This document shows, one piece after another, positions 27,860 through 38,395 of a stretch of 64,000 nt of DNA. The notes under the pieces are model-generated. The model saw nothing but the letters and a program-made list of their open reading frames with translations. It was not told the origin of the DNA and made no database searches. The stretch's first letter is position 1, and each line of letters starts with the position of its first letter. This stretch comes from Deltaproteobacteria bacterium (GTDB taxonomy: Bacteria; Desulfobacterota; Dissulfuribacteria; Dissulfuribacterales; QOAL01): positions 12,968-76,967 of the forward strand of contig WGDC01000001.1 of the NCBI GenBank assembly GCA_015493475.1. The letters run 5' to 3'. The position numbers and the translations under genes are program-made.

Positions 27860-29584
27860 TTAGCCCTGCCCTTGAAGGGCCTTAAGATGTTCCCTGGCCC
27901 ACTCTATGGAGGGATCGATTTCCAAGGCCATCCTATACCACTTAATGGCGGCAGGTATCAACCCGAGCTTCCTTAGGTTACTGCCTATGTTTGCATAGTC
28001 CACGGCGGAGCCTGGATCGATAGATATGACCTTCTCGAAACACTCGATTGCATCGGTGTACCTGCCCATTTCGTACAGGCACGTGCCAAGTATGTTATGG
28101 ATCTCCTTGAGCCGAGGATCAAGCCCCCTTGCAATCTCAAGCTGTTTCGCCGCATCTTCCAGCCTTCCAAGCTGGCGTAAACAGTTCCCGAGGTTACAGT
28201 AAAGGCTTGCAAGCTCACTGTCCGGGGGAGAAAGGGAAAGGGCCGCTTGGTATCTCTTAAGGGCAGAAGAGATATCGCCCATAGACTCAAGCAGATGTCC
28301 CATGTAAAACTCGATCTCGAATCTGCCTGGATAGGCCGCCTTCAGCCTTTCCAGCACCCCGGATGCACTTGCGGGAGCGAGATAGCCGCCGGATGCCGCA
28401 ACGCGCGCCATGTGAAACGGGAGGTCTATACCGAGAGTACGGTTGCGGAAATGGCTACCGGGAATCATGGCGTACACAACAGGAATGCATAGATCCCGAC
28501 AAGTTACCTCTGCAATATAAACCGGGAGATCCGCCCTGCCGAGGGCACCGGCCAGAAGCTCCACCTCCCCCCTGAAATTCCGGGAAGAACAGTCAGGAAG
28601 CTCGGCAAGACGTGTCACAGCGCCTGATTTAACAACGTAATCCGCCTCTTCCAGGGTGGCGAACTTTGGCAGGCCGCTTTCAATGTACTTACCGTCCGTA
28701 TCAAAATCACCGGCGAGCTGCGCAATTTCGGTAATGGCCCTGATGGCCGCCCTTTCCGGGCTTGTGGAGGTGCCGGCCGTATAGACTATCTCGCTTCTGT
28801 CGGGATAGGTGGAAGGGTCCCATGCGATGGCTCCAACGGTGGGAATGCCTGTGCCGAGAGAAAAATCCTTAAGCAACAACTCTACGCCGTTTGCTTTAAA
28901 CCTTTCAATGAGTTCAACGAGCAGCCCATCCCTTATGCTCTGCTGATCTATAGTGGGGGTCCTGATCCTTCCATAGGTTATGAGGGAACAGACATGACGC
29001 TCCACCACCTCGCAAATCGCCTGGACCGCCGCCTCCTCAAGGCTGTTGCCTGCCGCAGAGCCGTTGTATTCAAAAATAGGCCACATCCAGGAAAAAGGGA
29101 CCCGGCAAGGGACGTTTAACATTGCATCAAGCCCCTCAGCCCATCCTATGGGGAATTCATGGAGTAGTTGGCTTTCCGTGTCACCAAGGCGTTCCTTAAG
29201 GTGAATGGCCTTCAGCAGGTGCTCTGGCGGAAAGCCATCCTCGCCTGTTTCTCCGCACGAGGCAACGTCAAGGGAGGCATCCTGCAAAAAGCGGAAAAAG
29301 CTGTACCGCTCCGCAATCTCCATAACAGCGCTGGCCTTGGCCTGGGCCTCTGTAACGCCCTTCCCCATCTGCTTCATGGTTCCGGTAACCGCTGCTGCCT
29401 CGGGGGAATAGCGGCTCACATAAACGGGAATGCCAAGCCTGCCCTTGTCCACCCTTTTGACCTCCATCAGGACCGGCACAGACATGGAAGAAAACCTTTC
29501 AATCACCCATTCCAGGGTCTGTGTGGGTGTCCTGACCTTGTCAAAGGACAGACCTGACTCTTTAAATGAATCACATAGCCTCAT
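27860..29584 (-). CDS. YcaO-domain protein fused to C-terminal TPR repeats
   Basis: GKGVTEAQAKASAVMEIAERYSFF is the YcaO ATP/Mg-binding motif context. The YcaO core covers about 400 aa. The C-terminal ~160 aa carry 4-5 TPR units (YYMGHLLESMGDISSALKRYQAAL..., LGNCLRQLGRLEDAAKQLE..., LGTCLYEMGRYTDAIECFEKVI...). Confidence 0.85.
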   Translation of the reverse strand: MRLCDSFKESGLSFDKVRTPTQTLEWVIERFSSMSVPVLMEVKRVDKGRLGIPVYVSRYSPEAAAVTGTMKQMGKGVTEAQAKASAVMEIAERYSFFRFLQDASLDVASCGETGEDGFPPEHLLKAIHLKERLGDTESQLLHEFPIGWAEGLDAMLNVPCRVPFSWMWPIFEYNGSAAGNSLEEAAVQAICEVVERHVCSLITYGRIRTPTIDQQSIRDGLLVELIERFKANGVELLLKDFSLGTGIPTVGAIAWDPSTYPDRSEIVYTAGTSTSPERAAIRAITEIAQLAGDFDTDGKYIESGLPKFATLEEADYVVKSGAVTRLAELPDCSSRNFRGEVELLAGALGRADLPVYIAEVTCRDLCIPVVYAMIPGSHFRNRTLGIDLPFHMARVAASGGYLAPASASGVLERLKAAYPGRFEIEFYMGHLLESMGDISSALKRYQAALSLSPPDSELASLYCNLGNCLRQLGRLEDAAKQLEIARGLDPRLKEIHNILGTCLYEMGRYTDAIECFEKVISIDPGSAVDYANIGSNLRKLGLIPAAIKWYRMALEIDPSIEWAREHLKALQGQG

Positions 29585-29621
29585 CTACTACTTTGTTGTA
29601 AGGAATGTACCTGGAACCCCG

Positions 29622-30119
29622 CTATTCCTGCTTGTACTTCTCGCAAACGGCTTCAATTATTTCCTCAGCCCTGAACCAGTCCTCCTGATCTGCTCCCGGC
29701 TCCATGCCCCTGCGTTCATACAACGTATGGGCCACCGCGGCAACCCATTTTTGCCGGCCTTCCTCGCAGGCATGGTCAACGAAACGGATTCTCGTCATCC
29801 CACGGCCCGGCGCCCCCTGTATCTGAAGCCCGGCCACAGGATTAGCGGCCTCATCGTCACTTATGAGATAAATTGCCCTCGGAACCTCCACTGCATGAGC
29901 AAGATGCACAAGATTATCGGGGTCGGTGGTTCCCAAAAATATCTCTACCCTCCTTCCCCTTTCATCATAATCTATTCCAAGCAGCGGCATTCCGGGCTCT
30001 CCAAGTATGAAATCGTCACCTATCTGAACCACCGCAGTCCTGTATTGATTCATCCTATTAAAATCTTTAATAAAACTTTCCCATTCCTTTTTCAAAATCC
30101 GTGTTTTTTTCTCGGCCAT
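29622..30119 (-). CDS. hypothetical protein with C-terminal DUF2934-like motif
   Basis: 165 aa. The C-terminal AHTLYERRGMEPGADQEDWFRAEEII resembles the DUF2934 consensus (YxxWExRGxPxGxDxxDWxxAE). The N-terminal domain is unrecognised. Confidence 0.5.
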   Translation of the reverse strand: MAEKKTRILKKEWESFIKDFNRMNQYRTAVVQIGDDFILGEPGMPLLGIDYDERGRRVEIFLGTTDPDNLVHLAHAVEVPRAIYLISDDEAANPVAGLQIQGAPGRGMTRIRFVDHACEEGRQKWVAAVAHTLYERRGMEPGADQEDWFRAEEIIEAVCEKYKQE

Positions 30120-30240
30120 CTCGTGTACCTCCCTTGCACTTGGATAAAAGTAAGCTAAACACTCCCCACTATTGTGTCAAAAGCCGGAGACGAATTCCCC
30201 TTGCCGACGCAGCCTGAAAAAACACGGGGTTTCAAGGAGG

Positions 30241-33200
30241 CTACTGCCTGAGAACAGCAATGCGCCTTAGGTACTCTAAGGTCATAGAATCTGCCCCAGA
30301 ACCAAGAAAATCGTAAAGGGGACCCTGGAAAAGCAGCCTTCCACCACGCCTCCCTCCACCCGGACCAAGATCAATAATCCAGTCCGACCCCGCTATCATG
30401 GAGAGATTGTGCTCTACAACGACTACCGTGTTGCCGAGCCCGGCAAGCCTTGTCAGGCAAGCAGAAAGCCTTTGCACATCCTCCATGTGGAGGCCGACAC
30501 TCGGCTCATCGAGAAGGTACAGCCTTGCCTGGGTAACGGTCTTGGACAGCTCCTTTGCTATCTTGAGTCTCTGGGCCTCGCCTCCCGAAAGGGACGGGCT
30601 TGGCTGGCCAAGGCGCAGGTAGCATAGCCCGAGGTCTTTCATCACCATGAGTCCCCTCTTTATGGCAGGAACGGTGCCGAAAAATTCAAGGGCCTCGGAA
30701 ACGGTCATATCAAGAATCTGGCTTATGTCCCGTGATTTCCACCGTATGGACAGGACCTCTTGTCTGAATCTTTTGCCGAGGCAGACAGGACACTTGACAT
30801 AAACGTCTGGAAGTATGCCGAGTCTTTGCCTTAGCTGACCTTGGCCCCTGCATTCGGGACATGCCCCCTGTGTCGTGTTAAAGGAAAAGTGCGAGGGGCC
30901 AAACCCCCTTACCCGTGCGGCCGGCGTACATGAAAAAAGCTTGCGGATATAGGAAAATATCCCAATGAACGTGGCCGGACAGGACCTCGGCGTCCTGCCA
31001 ATAGGACCGTGGTCAACGTAAAGAGCACCACTTACCGCCTCGGCTCTTCTTATTCCTTTGATACATAAAACATCCCCTTCCACTGCCCCCTGTAACGCCT
31101 CCATGAGGCTGGTTTTCCCGGAGCCGGATACTCCGGTGAATACGGTTACCGCGCCAATGGGTATCATGGCGTCGATGGCCGAAAGGTTATGCCTGCTTAC
31201 ACCACGGAGCTCGAGAAAATCCGTGTCGGACCCAAGCCTCCTGCTTCTCTCAATGACGGCCTTTCCATGCCTTAATCCCCTTGCGGTCCTCGATTCGGGA
31301 TGTTTCAAAAGCCCCTCCACGTCGCCCGAGTAAATCACCCTCCCCCCCTGACTTCCTCCCCCGGGACCAAGATCCACCACGAAATCAGCATGGAGGATAG
31401 TCTCTTCATCATGCTCTACAACTATCACGCTGTTGCCCCTGCGTGACAGGTCCTTGAGAATATGGACAAGACGCCGGTTGTCAGAAGGATGCAGGCCTAT
31501 AGTCGGCTCATCAAGTACAACGGTAATACCCGTAAGACTCGATGCGCTTTGTGAGGCAAGGCTGACCCTCTGGGCCTCTCCACCTGAAAGGCTGTCCCCC
31601 GACCTGTCCAGGCCGAGATACCCGAGGCCCAGTTCAGACATCAGCCTGAGCCTCTCCATGACCTGGCCGGTGAGCATCATAAGCAGATCTTTCCTTTCCA
31701 CCTGGAACTTCTTCACAGAACGCCAGTCCTCAAGACGCCCCATAGCCTCGTCCACCTCCATCCTGAAAAACGACGCAATATCAAGGCCGTTTATTTGCCA
31801 GGACAGGGCATATTTGGAAAGCCTTGCCCCCATGCATACAGAACAGGCGTCTTCATTGCCATTCCTGCCAGTTCCGAGACATGCCGGGCATCTGCCCACC
31901 TTGCTATGAAAGGAAAAGAGAAGGGGATCCGGATCCTCCAAGGACACATGGCACTCGGGGCAGAAGTACCTGATGCTGAACCACCTCTTTCCAACACCGG
32001 GGAAGAGACAAAATACAGTACCCCGCCCAGCCCTGACAGCCGCAGACAGGACCTGTCTAAACTCCTTAACGGAGACGCCTTCTCTGAAAGGTCCCCAGAC
32101 CCAGGAGACATCGTGTTCCGTGTACATAGAGATAGACAGCTCCTGGCCACGTTGAAAGAGCCTGTCATCCACAAGCACGAAATCCGCCCCGGCAGCAAAC
32201 CCCATTTCAACCTCCCGCCGGTGCCTGCCTTTTCTGTGACGAACACGGGGCGCCCCGATGTAGAAGGCATCTGCGCCAAGAAGCCTCTCAATCCCCTTTT
32301 CTATCTGGTCCATGTTCGCATGGCCCATGGGCATGGAGCACTCGGGACAGACAGGACTCGAGCAATGGGCATAAAGGAGCCTCATGTAATGGGCCGTCTC
32401 CGATAGAGTCGCCACCGTTGACATGGGGCTTCCTCTGCAAGCCCTCTGTTCTATGGCAACCGATGGGCTTAGTCCCCTAACCTCGTCTGCGTCAACCCTT
32501 TCATGAAGCCTCACGAACTGCTTCATGTAGGAAGGGAGGCTTTCCATGTAGCGCCTCTGGGCTTCCTTATAAATGAGGTCAAATGCCATGGACGATTTAC
32601 CGGATCCGGAAACCCCAGTCACTACAACGAGCCTGTTCCTTGGTATCTTGATGTCTATGTTTTTGAGGTTATGATGCCTTGCCCCCTTTATCTCGATAAC
32701 ATTACCAGACTGCCCCCTGCCTTTTCTCTCCATCTTCCCTGCTTGGCACTGCCCGTCCCTTCCTGAGCCGCCGTATTCCCGAATGGCCCGGGCTGTTGGC
32801 GTATCCTCATTGAGAAGCCATTCAGGGCTACCCTGAAAGAGCAGGTAACCGCCATTATCTCCACCCCCTGGGCCAAGCTCAATAACCTGGTCGGATGAAA
32901 GAATGGTCGAGAGATCATGCTCCACCACCACCACGGTATGGCCGTGACGACAAAGGCCCCTTACCTGCCTTATAAGGCCCTGCACCTCGGTATGGTAAAG
33001 CCCCATGGTCGGTTCATCAAGAATGAACAGGCACCTGCCTTTCCCAGAAATGAGGTGCCTTGCTATCTTAAGCCTTTGGGAATCACCTGCGGAAAGGGTG
33101 TTAAGGGGCTGGCCGAGAAGCAGATGGCCAAGGCCGAGTTCAAGGGCAGGGCCAAGGATCTTTGCCACCGCCCTTTGGCTGCCAAGGGCACCCGCCACCT

Positions 33201-35475
33201 CGGAAAGGGTCATCTCAAGCCACTCGTTCATATTTTTACCCTTCAGCCTTATCTCAAGTGCCCTATCAGAAAACCTTCTTCCCTTACAGTCGGCGCAAGG
33301 CACCATGACATCGGGCAAAAACTGCATGTCAAGAAGCTCGTAACCCTGCCCGCCGCAGCTCTGGCACCTGCCTCCAACAACATTGAGAGAAAAATAGCCG
33401 GGCCTGAGCCCGAGGGATATCGCCTTCCGGGTTTTGGAAAAGAGCCTCCTAAGCGGATCAAGGATCTTGAGATAGGTTCCCGGACAACCTCGCGGGGTTC
33501 TCGAGGCAGGCTCCTGATCTATAAAGACCACAGAGTCAAATGGCTCGGGTATGATTATGGACTTAAACCTCCCGGGCTCGGAACAGGGCCGCCCCATCAT
33601 CCTTAAAAGCCCCCTGTAGATGCACTGCTCAACGAGGGTGGACTTTCCAGAGCCGGACACCCCGCAGACGCACGTCACCATCCCCATCGGGATTCGGCAC
33701 GTTATGTCTTTCAGGTTATTCTCGGTAAGCCCCCTGATCTCAAGAAAACTCGGGGAACCATCCATTGGCCGTCTCCCCTTGATAGCTACTGCATGAGGCG
33801 GCTCCAGCGTGTCTTGGGAAGGATGGCCCTCCGCAACCACGCGGCCTCCGTGCCTCCCGGACCCAGGACCCAGGTGGATAATCCTGTTTGCGCACCGGGC
33901 CATTAAGGGATCGTTCTCTGTCATCAGAACGGTATTGCCTGATTTCCTCAAGCCCTCAATTACTTCCCTTACGCCCTTAACGTCTGCGGGGTGAAGCCCA
34001 GAAGAAGGCTCATCTATACAATAAAGGGTCGCGGAAAGATTTGCGGATACGCCCTTTGCGATACAGAGCCGGGAAAGCTCCCCGCCCGAAAGGGTGCGCG
34101 AGCGCCTGTGAAGGGCAAGGTAGCCAAGGCCCGCCTGCCTTATTAAGGAAAGCCTCCTTTCAAGGTCTTGGAGCAGGGAACGGGAGGCCTCATCAAGACC
34201 CTCCCGTTCCCCGAGCCCCCTGCACCATTTAAGGGCGTCATGGACACTTAGCGCATAAAACCCGGCTATACTCAACCCTGAAAGCCTGTAGGACAGGGCC
34301 TCCTCGTTAAACCTAGCCCCCTTGCAGGAAGGACAAATATTGTATGCCCTGTATCTTGAAAGCAGAATTCGTATGTGGGCCTTGTATCTTTTTGATTCAA
34401 GCCGGCGAAAAATCTCCCTTACGCCGTACCACTCCTCCTTTCCAAAGAGGATGGCGTCTCTGTCCTGCTGGGAAAGCTCCCTCCAGGGCCTCGTGGCATC
34501 CATGCCCCACTTGCTACAGCAGGCGAGGAGAAACTCCTTTTCATCCTCCCAGTTTTCAAGGGGTCTTATTGCCCCTTCAATGACAGAGAGTGACTTGTCA
34601 GGAATCACTATGTCATAATCTATGTCCATTACCCTTCCGAAACCGCTACATGATGGGCACGCCCCCTCTACGGAATTGAACGAAAAAAGAAGCATTCCCG
34701 GAGGTTTCTTTTCGGTCCCGCACTCCGGACATACAGCCCCTTCGTGAAAGGCCCTTGTCTCCACCTTTCCGCCATCCGCGGGGAACACCGCGTACAGACT
34801 CCCGCCCGAAAGGCTGAAGGCGGTCTCAACCGCCTCCTTGACCCGCTGAATAGAAAGGGATTTAAGGGATAGTCTTTCAATAATCACGTAATGATTCTTG
34901 TGATCCGAAAGCCGCCGTACATCTACCTCGGACCCGTCCACCACACGGCCGTCCACAAGAATGCGCCTGTAGCCTTCCCCCACGAGGTCGTCGAGACGCT
35001 GAGCCCCTGCCTCTATACAGATGTAGCCGCAGGTGAAACCATTGCAGGCCGCCTCCTTGAAACAGTCAAACACGTCCTTTGGGCCGCACCGTCTTACCGG
35101 CACCCGGCAGCGTGTACAATAACCCGTGGCGTTTCTGAAAAAGAGCATCCTTGCCGGAAAGCTTACCTCGGAAAGAGTGGCCACTGTTGACCGGGAATTT
35201 CTCACCGGGTTGGACTGACCCACACCTATGGCAGCGGGAAGATTTTCCACCCGCCGTACCCTCGGCCTCGGTAGCCTTTCTAGAAACTGGCGCACATAGG
35301 GAGAAAAGGTCTCCATGAACTGTCTCTGGGCCTCACAGTAAATGGTGTCAAAGACAAGCGAGGACTTTCCTGAGCCGGAAGGACCGCAGAATGCGCAAAT
35401 GGAACCAGCCTCTATCTCAAGGTCGACGTCCTTCAGGTTGTGCTCCATGGCTCCGCTGATAATTAGGGCCTTCAT
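30241..35475 (-). CDS. tandem-duplicated UvrA-like ABC ATPase (two UvrA units, four nucleotide-binding domains, in one 1744-aa polypeptide)
   Basis: Walker A x4 ([36 protein letters not shown]). ABC signatures x4 ([36 protein letters not shown]). Walker B x4. UvrA zinc modules (CPECG...[15 protein letters not shown] and [20 protein letters not shown]). The second unit starts near 32700 ([15 protein letters not shown]). The ATG at 35475 ([17 protein letters not shown]) is preferred over the ORF-track start at 35721. Confidence 0.9.
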   Translation of the reverse strand: MKALIISGAMEHNLKDVDLEIEAGSICAFCGPSGSGKSSLVFDTIYCEAQRQFMETFSPYVRQFLERLPRPRVRRVENLPAAIGVGQSNPVRNSRSTVATLSEVSFPARMLFFRNATGYCTRCRVPVRRCGPKDVFDCFKEAACNGFTCGYICIEAGAQRLDDLVGEGYRRILVDGRVVDGSEVDVRRLSDHKNHYVIIERLSLKSLSIQRVKEAVETAFSLSGGSLYAVFPADGGKVETRAFHEGAVCPECGTEKKPPGMLLFSFNSVEGACPSCSGFGRVMDIDYDIVIPDKSLSVIEGAIRPLENWEDEKEFLLACCSKWGMDATRPWRELSQQDRDAILFGKEEWYGVREIFRRLESKRYKAHIRILLSRYRAYNICPSCKGARFNEEALSYRLSGLSIAGFYALSVHDALKWCRGLGEREGLDEASRSLLQDLERRLSLIRQAGLGYLALHRRSRTLSGGELSRLCIAKGVSANLSATLYCIDEPSSGLHPADVKGVREVIEGLRKSGNTVLMTENDPLMARCANRIIHLGPGSGRHGGRVVAEGHPSQDTLEPPHAVAIKGRRPMDGSPSFLEIRGLTENNLKDITCRIPMGMVTCVCGVSGSGKSTLVEQCIYRGLLRMMGRPCSEPGRFKSIIIPEPFDSVVFIDQEPASRTPRGCPGTYLKILDPLRRLFSKTRKAISLGLRPGYFSLNVVGGRCQSCGGQGYELLDMQFLPDVMVPCADCKGRRFSDRALEIRLKGKNMNEWLEMTLSEVAGALGSQRAVAKILGPALELGLGHLLLGQPLNTLSAGDSQRLKIARHLISGKGRCLFILDEPTMGLYHTEVQGLIRQVRGLCRHGHTVVVVEHDLSTILSSDQVIELGPGGGDNGGYLLFQGSPEWLLNEDTPTARAIREYGGSGRDGQCQAGKMERKGRGQSGNVIEIKGARHHNLKNIDIKIPRNRLVVVTGVSGSGKSSMAFDLIYKEAQRRYMESLPSYMKQFVRLHERVDADEVRGLSPSVAIEQRACRGSPMSTVATLSETAHYMRLLYAHCSSPVCPECSMPMGHANMDQIEKGIERLLGADAFYIGAPRVRHRKGRHRREVEMGFAAGADFVLVDDRLFQRGQELSISMYTEHDVSWVWGPFREGVSVKEFRQVLSAAVRAGRGTVFCLFPGVGKRWFSIRYFCPECHVSLEDPDPLLFSFHSKVGRCPACLGTGRNGNEDACSVCMGARLSKYALSWQINGLDIASFFRMEVDEAMGRLEDWRSVKKFQVERKDLLMMLTGQVMERLRLMSELGLGYLGLDRSGDSLSGGEAQRVSLASQSASSLTGITVVLDEPTIGLHPSDNRRLVHILKDLSRRGNSVIVVEHDEETILHADFVVDLGPGGGSQGGRVIYSGDVEGLLKHPESRTARGLRHGKAVIERSRRLGSDTDFLELRGVSRHNLSAIDAMIPIGAVTVFTGVSGSGKTSLMEALQGAVEGDVLCIKGIRRAEAVSGALYVDHGPIGRTPRSCPATFIGIFSYIRKLFSCTPAARVRGFGPSHFSFNTTQGACPECRGQGQLRQRLGILPDVYVKCPVCLGKRFRQEVLSIRWKSRDISQILDMTVSEALEFFGTVPAIKRGLMVMKDLGLCYLRLGQPSPSLSGGEAQRLKIAKELSKTVTQARLYLLDEPSVGLHMEDVQRLSACLTRLAGLGNTVVVVEHNLSMIAGSDWIIDLGPGGGRRGGRLLFQGPLYDFLGSGADSMTLEYLRRIAVLRQ

Positions 35476-35614
35476 GGGAAAAGAAGATAAGACATGCTGG
35501 ATTTTCCTCAAGGCCCGGCAGGCGCGCAAGCGTTCGATGGCAGCTCCGAAACCTTTATGTAAAAGTGATTGCATGATAAGCTTACGTCTATTCCCGTCAA
35601 AAAGGAGAAAACTC

Positions 35615-38308
35615 ATGGGCATGACCGGCCTGTCGCATCTATTGTCGCCTTCAAGGATAGCAGTGTTCTCAAGTTCCCAGATTGACCAAAGATTTGAAAA
35701 AAGGCTCTTCCAGAACATCATCTCCTCCGGTTTCCGGGGGCCAATCTATCCCATCGACATAGAAAGGGAGGCGGTATGCGGGATCCCCGCCCACCGGACC
35801 ATAAAGGCCATAAAGAAGAGGCCGGACCTGGCGCTTGTCACAGGGTCACCGGACTTGGTACCGGGGGTCCTCGAAGAGTGCGGCAAGGCGGAAATACCTG
35901 CCGCCATCATATTTTCGATGGATTTCAGGCACAGGACTGCGGACAGTAAAAAGATCGCATCGAGGATAAAGGATATTTGCAAGGACTACAACATCCGGTG
36001 CATAGGCCCAAATTCCCTCGGAATCATAAGACCGGGCAATAACATAAATATCAGCGTGAGTCTCAAGGCGCCGCCAAGGGGAAAGGTGGCCTTCCTGTCC
36101 CAGAGTTCCACGCTTGCAGCCTCCATTCTCGACTATGCGGCGTCCAAGCACGTGGGGATGAGCACCTTCGTGTCCCTTGGGGCACAACTTGATGTCGACT
36201 TTTCAGACATCATCGACTTCCTGGCCATGGACCCGGAAACGAGGGGAATCATCCTCTACCTCGAATCCATAAAAAACGGCCGCAAATTCATCAGCGCAAG
36301 CCGCTCCTTTACCCGGACAAAGCCCATGGTGGTAATTAAGGGGGGCAGGTTTGAACAATCAAGACTCGTCTCCTTCAGCCGCATGGGCTCCCTTGCCGGC
36401 GAGGACATGGTTTACGATGCTGTGTTCAAAAGGGCGGGCATGGTCAGGGTGAAAGACGTGCTCGAGCTTTTCAACACCTCCGAGGCCCTTTCAAAACAGC
36501 CCGCTCCCAAGGGTAACCACCTCGCAATAGTCACCAACGCCGGAGGGCCGGCCGTTCTGGCGATAGATGTCCTCATAAAAAAGGGCGGGCACCTTGCCAC
36601 CCTGGAAAAGGAAACCGTTGACAGGATAAAAAAGGCCCTTCCTCCCACGGCCCCTGTTTCAAACCCTGTTGACTGCCTGTCTGACGCCTCGGCCTCGAGA
36701 TTTTCAGACGTGATAGACGCCCTTCTCCAGGATGATACCTCGGACGGGGTCCTCGTGATAGTGACGCCCCAGCCCTACACGGAACCTGGCGATACGGCCC
36801 AGACGCTTATAGGGCTTTCCCGCAGGCATCCCTACAAAACCATCCTTGCATGCTGGATGGGCAGTGAAGACATGGACCGGGCAAGGAAGATCCTTAACGA
36901 GAATGGGATACCCACCTTCGTAGCCCCGGAACAGGCGGTCAAGAGCTTCCTTTACATGTACGAATACGAGGCCAACAGGCAGATGCTGTCCCAGACACCT
37001 TCCAACATCCTCGTGGATTTTCATCCGGACAAGGAAAGGGCCCTTTCCATCTTCAAATCCGTTGCAAAGGACGGAAGGCTGTTCTTGCTTGAGCGGGAGA
37101 CTAAGCAGGTACTCGAGGCCTACGGCATCGAAACCACTCCCATGGCCCTGGCAAGGAGTCCGGAAGAGGCCCTCAAGATTGCGAGGAAAACTGGATTTCC
37201 CGTGGCTCTCAAGATAGAATCCCCGGACGTTCCCAACAAGAGCAAGGCGGGAGGGGTAAGACTGCACCTTTTGGAGGAGGATGTGAAAAAGGCGTTCCGG
37301 GAACTCAAGACCAACCTCAAGAAGTACATGCCTAATGCCGATTTTCACGGTTGCACTGTGGAACCTATGATACTTGGCATGGGGTACGAATTCGCAATGG
37401 GCGCCCAGAAAGACCCTACCTTCGGCTCGGTAATAGTCTTCGGGCTGGGGGGCCAGCTCCTCGAGGCGGAAAAGGACTACGCGGTAGGCCTCCCGCCGCT
37501 TAACCAGGCAGTTGCAAGGCGCCTTATGCAAGACACAAGGATATGCAAGTACTTATCGGAGGAACAGGACGGCCTCGAGATGATGGAAATCTTAGAAAAG
37601 GCACTGGTGCGTTTCTCCATACTCGTGGCAGACTTTTCGTTCATCAAGGAGATAGAAATCAACTCCTTTTTCCTTGAAAAGCAACGGGGTGTGTGCCTTG
37701 ACGGAAGGATCGTGCTCGAAGAAGAAGTACTCGAAGGTGTACGGGTTGGCCAGGGAAGTACCTGCCCGGAACACCTGGTAATATGCCCGTATCCCTGCCA
37801 GTACATAGACACCATGAAGCTGAAGGAGGGAACCCCTTACACCATCCGCCCCATCAAGCCGGAGGATGAACCCCTCATGGCTGAACTCTTTTCCACCTTC
37901 TCCGAGCAAACCATCATCAACAGATTCTTTCAGCTAAAGAAGAGCCTCACCCACGATGAATTGGCGAGATATTGCCAAGTGGATTATGATAGGGAAATCG
38001 CCCTCGTGGCGGTATTAGAATCCCAGGACAGGGAACGGATAATCGGCGTATGCAGGCTAACCATAATGCCTGACGGGGAAAACGCCGAGCTTGCAGTGGT
38101 AATAGGAGACCCATGGCAGGGACACGGCATCGGGAAGGCCCTCATGGCCAAGACCATTGAAGTGGCAAGGGAAAAGGGCCTGAAAAATATCTGGATGGAT
38201 GTTTTGAGAGACAACAACCCCATGAAAGGCCTCGCCAGGAAATTTGGCTTTAAGCTCGCGGAGTCCGAGGATCCGGATATCCTGCGCTTTGTCCTAGGGA
38301 ACCTTTGA
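35615..38308 (+). CDS. Pat-type protein acetyltransferase (ADP-forming acyl-CoA synthetase-like domains + C-terminal GNAT)
   Basis: AAGGAG RBS then ATG at 35615. LLSPSRIAVFSSS (CoA-binding start), succinyl-CoA-ligase-like and ATP-grasp regions, and a C-terminal GNAT (IGVCRL...VVIGDPWQGHGIGKALM). The ORF-track start at 35342 overlaps the divergent uvrA-like gene. Confidence 0.85.
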   Translation: MGMTGLSHLLSPSRIAVFSSSQIDQRFEKRLFQNIISSGFRGPIYPIDIEREAVCGIPAHRTIKAIKKRPDLALVTGSPDLVPGVLEECGKAEIPAAIIFSMDFRHRTADSKKIASRIKDICKDYNIRCIGPNSLGIIRPGNNINISVSLKAPPRGKVAFLSQSSTLAASILDYAASKHVGMSTFVSLGAQLDVDFSDIIDFLAMDPETRGIILYLESIKNGRKFISASRSFTRTKPMVVIKGGRFEQSRLVSFSRMGSLAGEDMVYDAVFKRAGMVRVKDVLELFNTSEALSKQPAPKGNHLAIVTNAGGPAVLAIDVLIKKGGHLATLEKETVDRIKKALPPTAPVSNPVDCLSDASASRFSDVIDALLQDDTSDGVLVIVTPQPYTEPGDTAQTLIGLSRRHPYKTILACWMGSEDMDRARKILNENGIPTFVAPEQAVKSFLYMYEYEANRQMLSQTPSNILVDFHPDKERALSIFKSVAKDGRLFLLERETKQVLEAYGIETTPMALARSPEEALKIARKTGFPVALKIESPDVPNKSKAGGVRLHLLEEDVKKAFRELKTNLKKYMPNADFHGCTVEPMILGMGYEFAMGAQKDPTFGSVIVFGLGGQLLEAEKDYAVGLPPLNQAVARRLMQDTRICKYLSEEQDGLEMMEILEKALVRFSILVADFSFIKEIEINSFFLEKQRGVCLDGRIVLEEEVLEGVRVGQGSTCPEHLVICPYPCQYIDTMKLKEGTPYTIRPIKPEDEPLMAELFSTFSEQTIINRFFQLKKSLTHDELARYCQVDYDREIALVAVLESQDRERIIGVCRLTIMPDGENAELAVVIGDPWQGHGIGKALMAKTIEVAREKGLKNIWMDVLRDNNPMKGLARKFGFKLAESEDPDILRFVLGNL

Positions 38309-38395
38309 CGGGTAGCCGTGTCCGTCGTGGGAATAAACGAAAAAACTGGCACCTGCTGACGGTTTTCCAACACATCCGCGAGAGGTAAAAGATAT

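Noticed and set aside
29430-30158. 242-aa plus-strand ORF
   Set aside because: It is antisense to the YcaO 5' end and the DUF2934 gene. It has no RBS or motif, and the opposite-strand genes are better supported.
35342-35721. Mutually overlapping N-terminal extensions of the Pat-like ORF (from 35342) and the UvrA-like ORF (to 35721)
   Set aside because: Homology-like sequence begins at internal ATGs: 35615 with an AAGGAG RBS, and 35475 ([14 protein letters not shown], the usual UvrA N-terminus). The extensions overlap the opposite gene and look non-coding.
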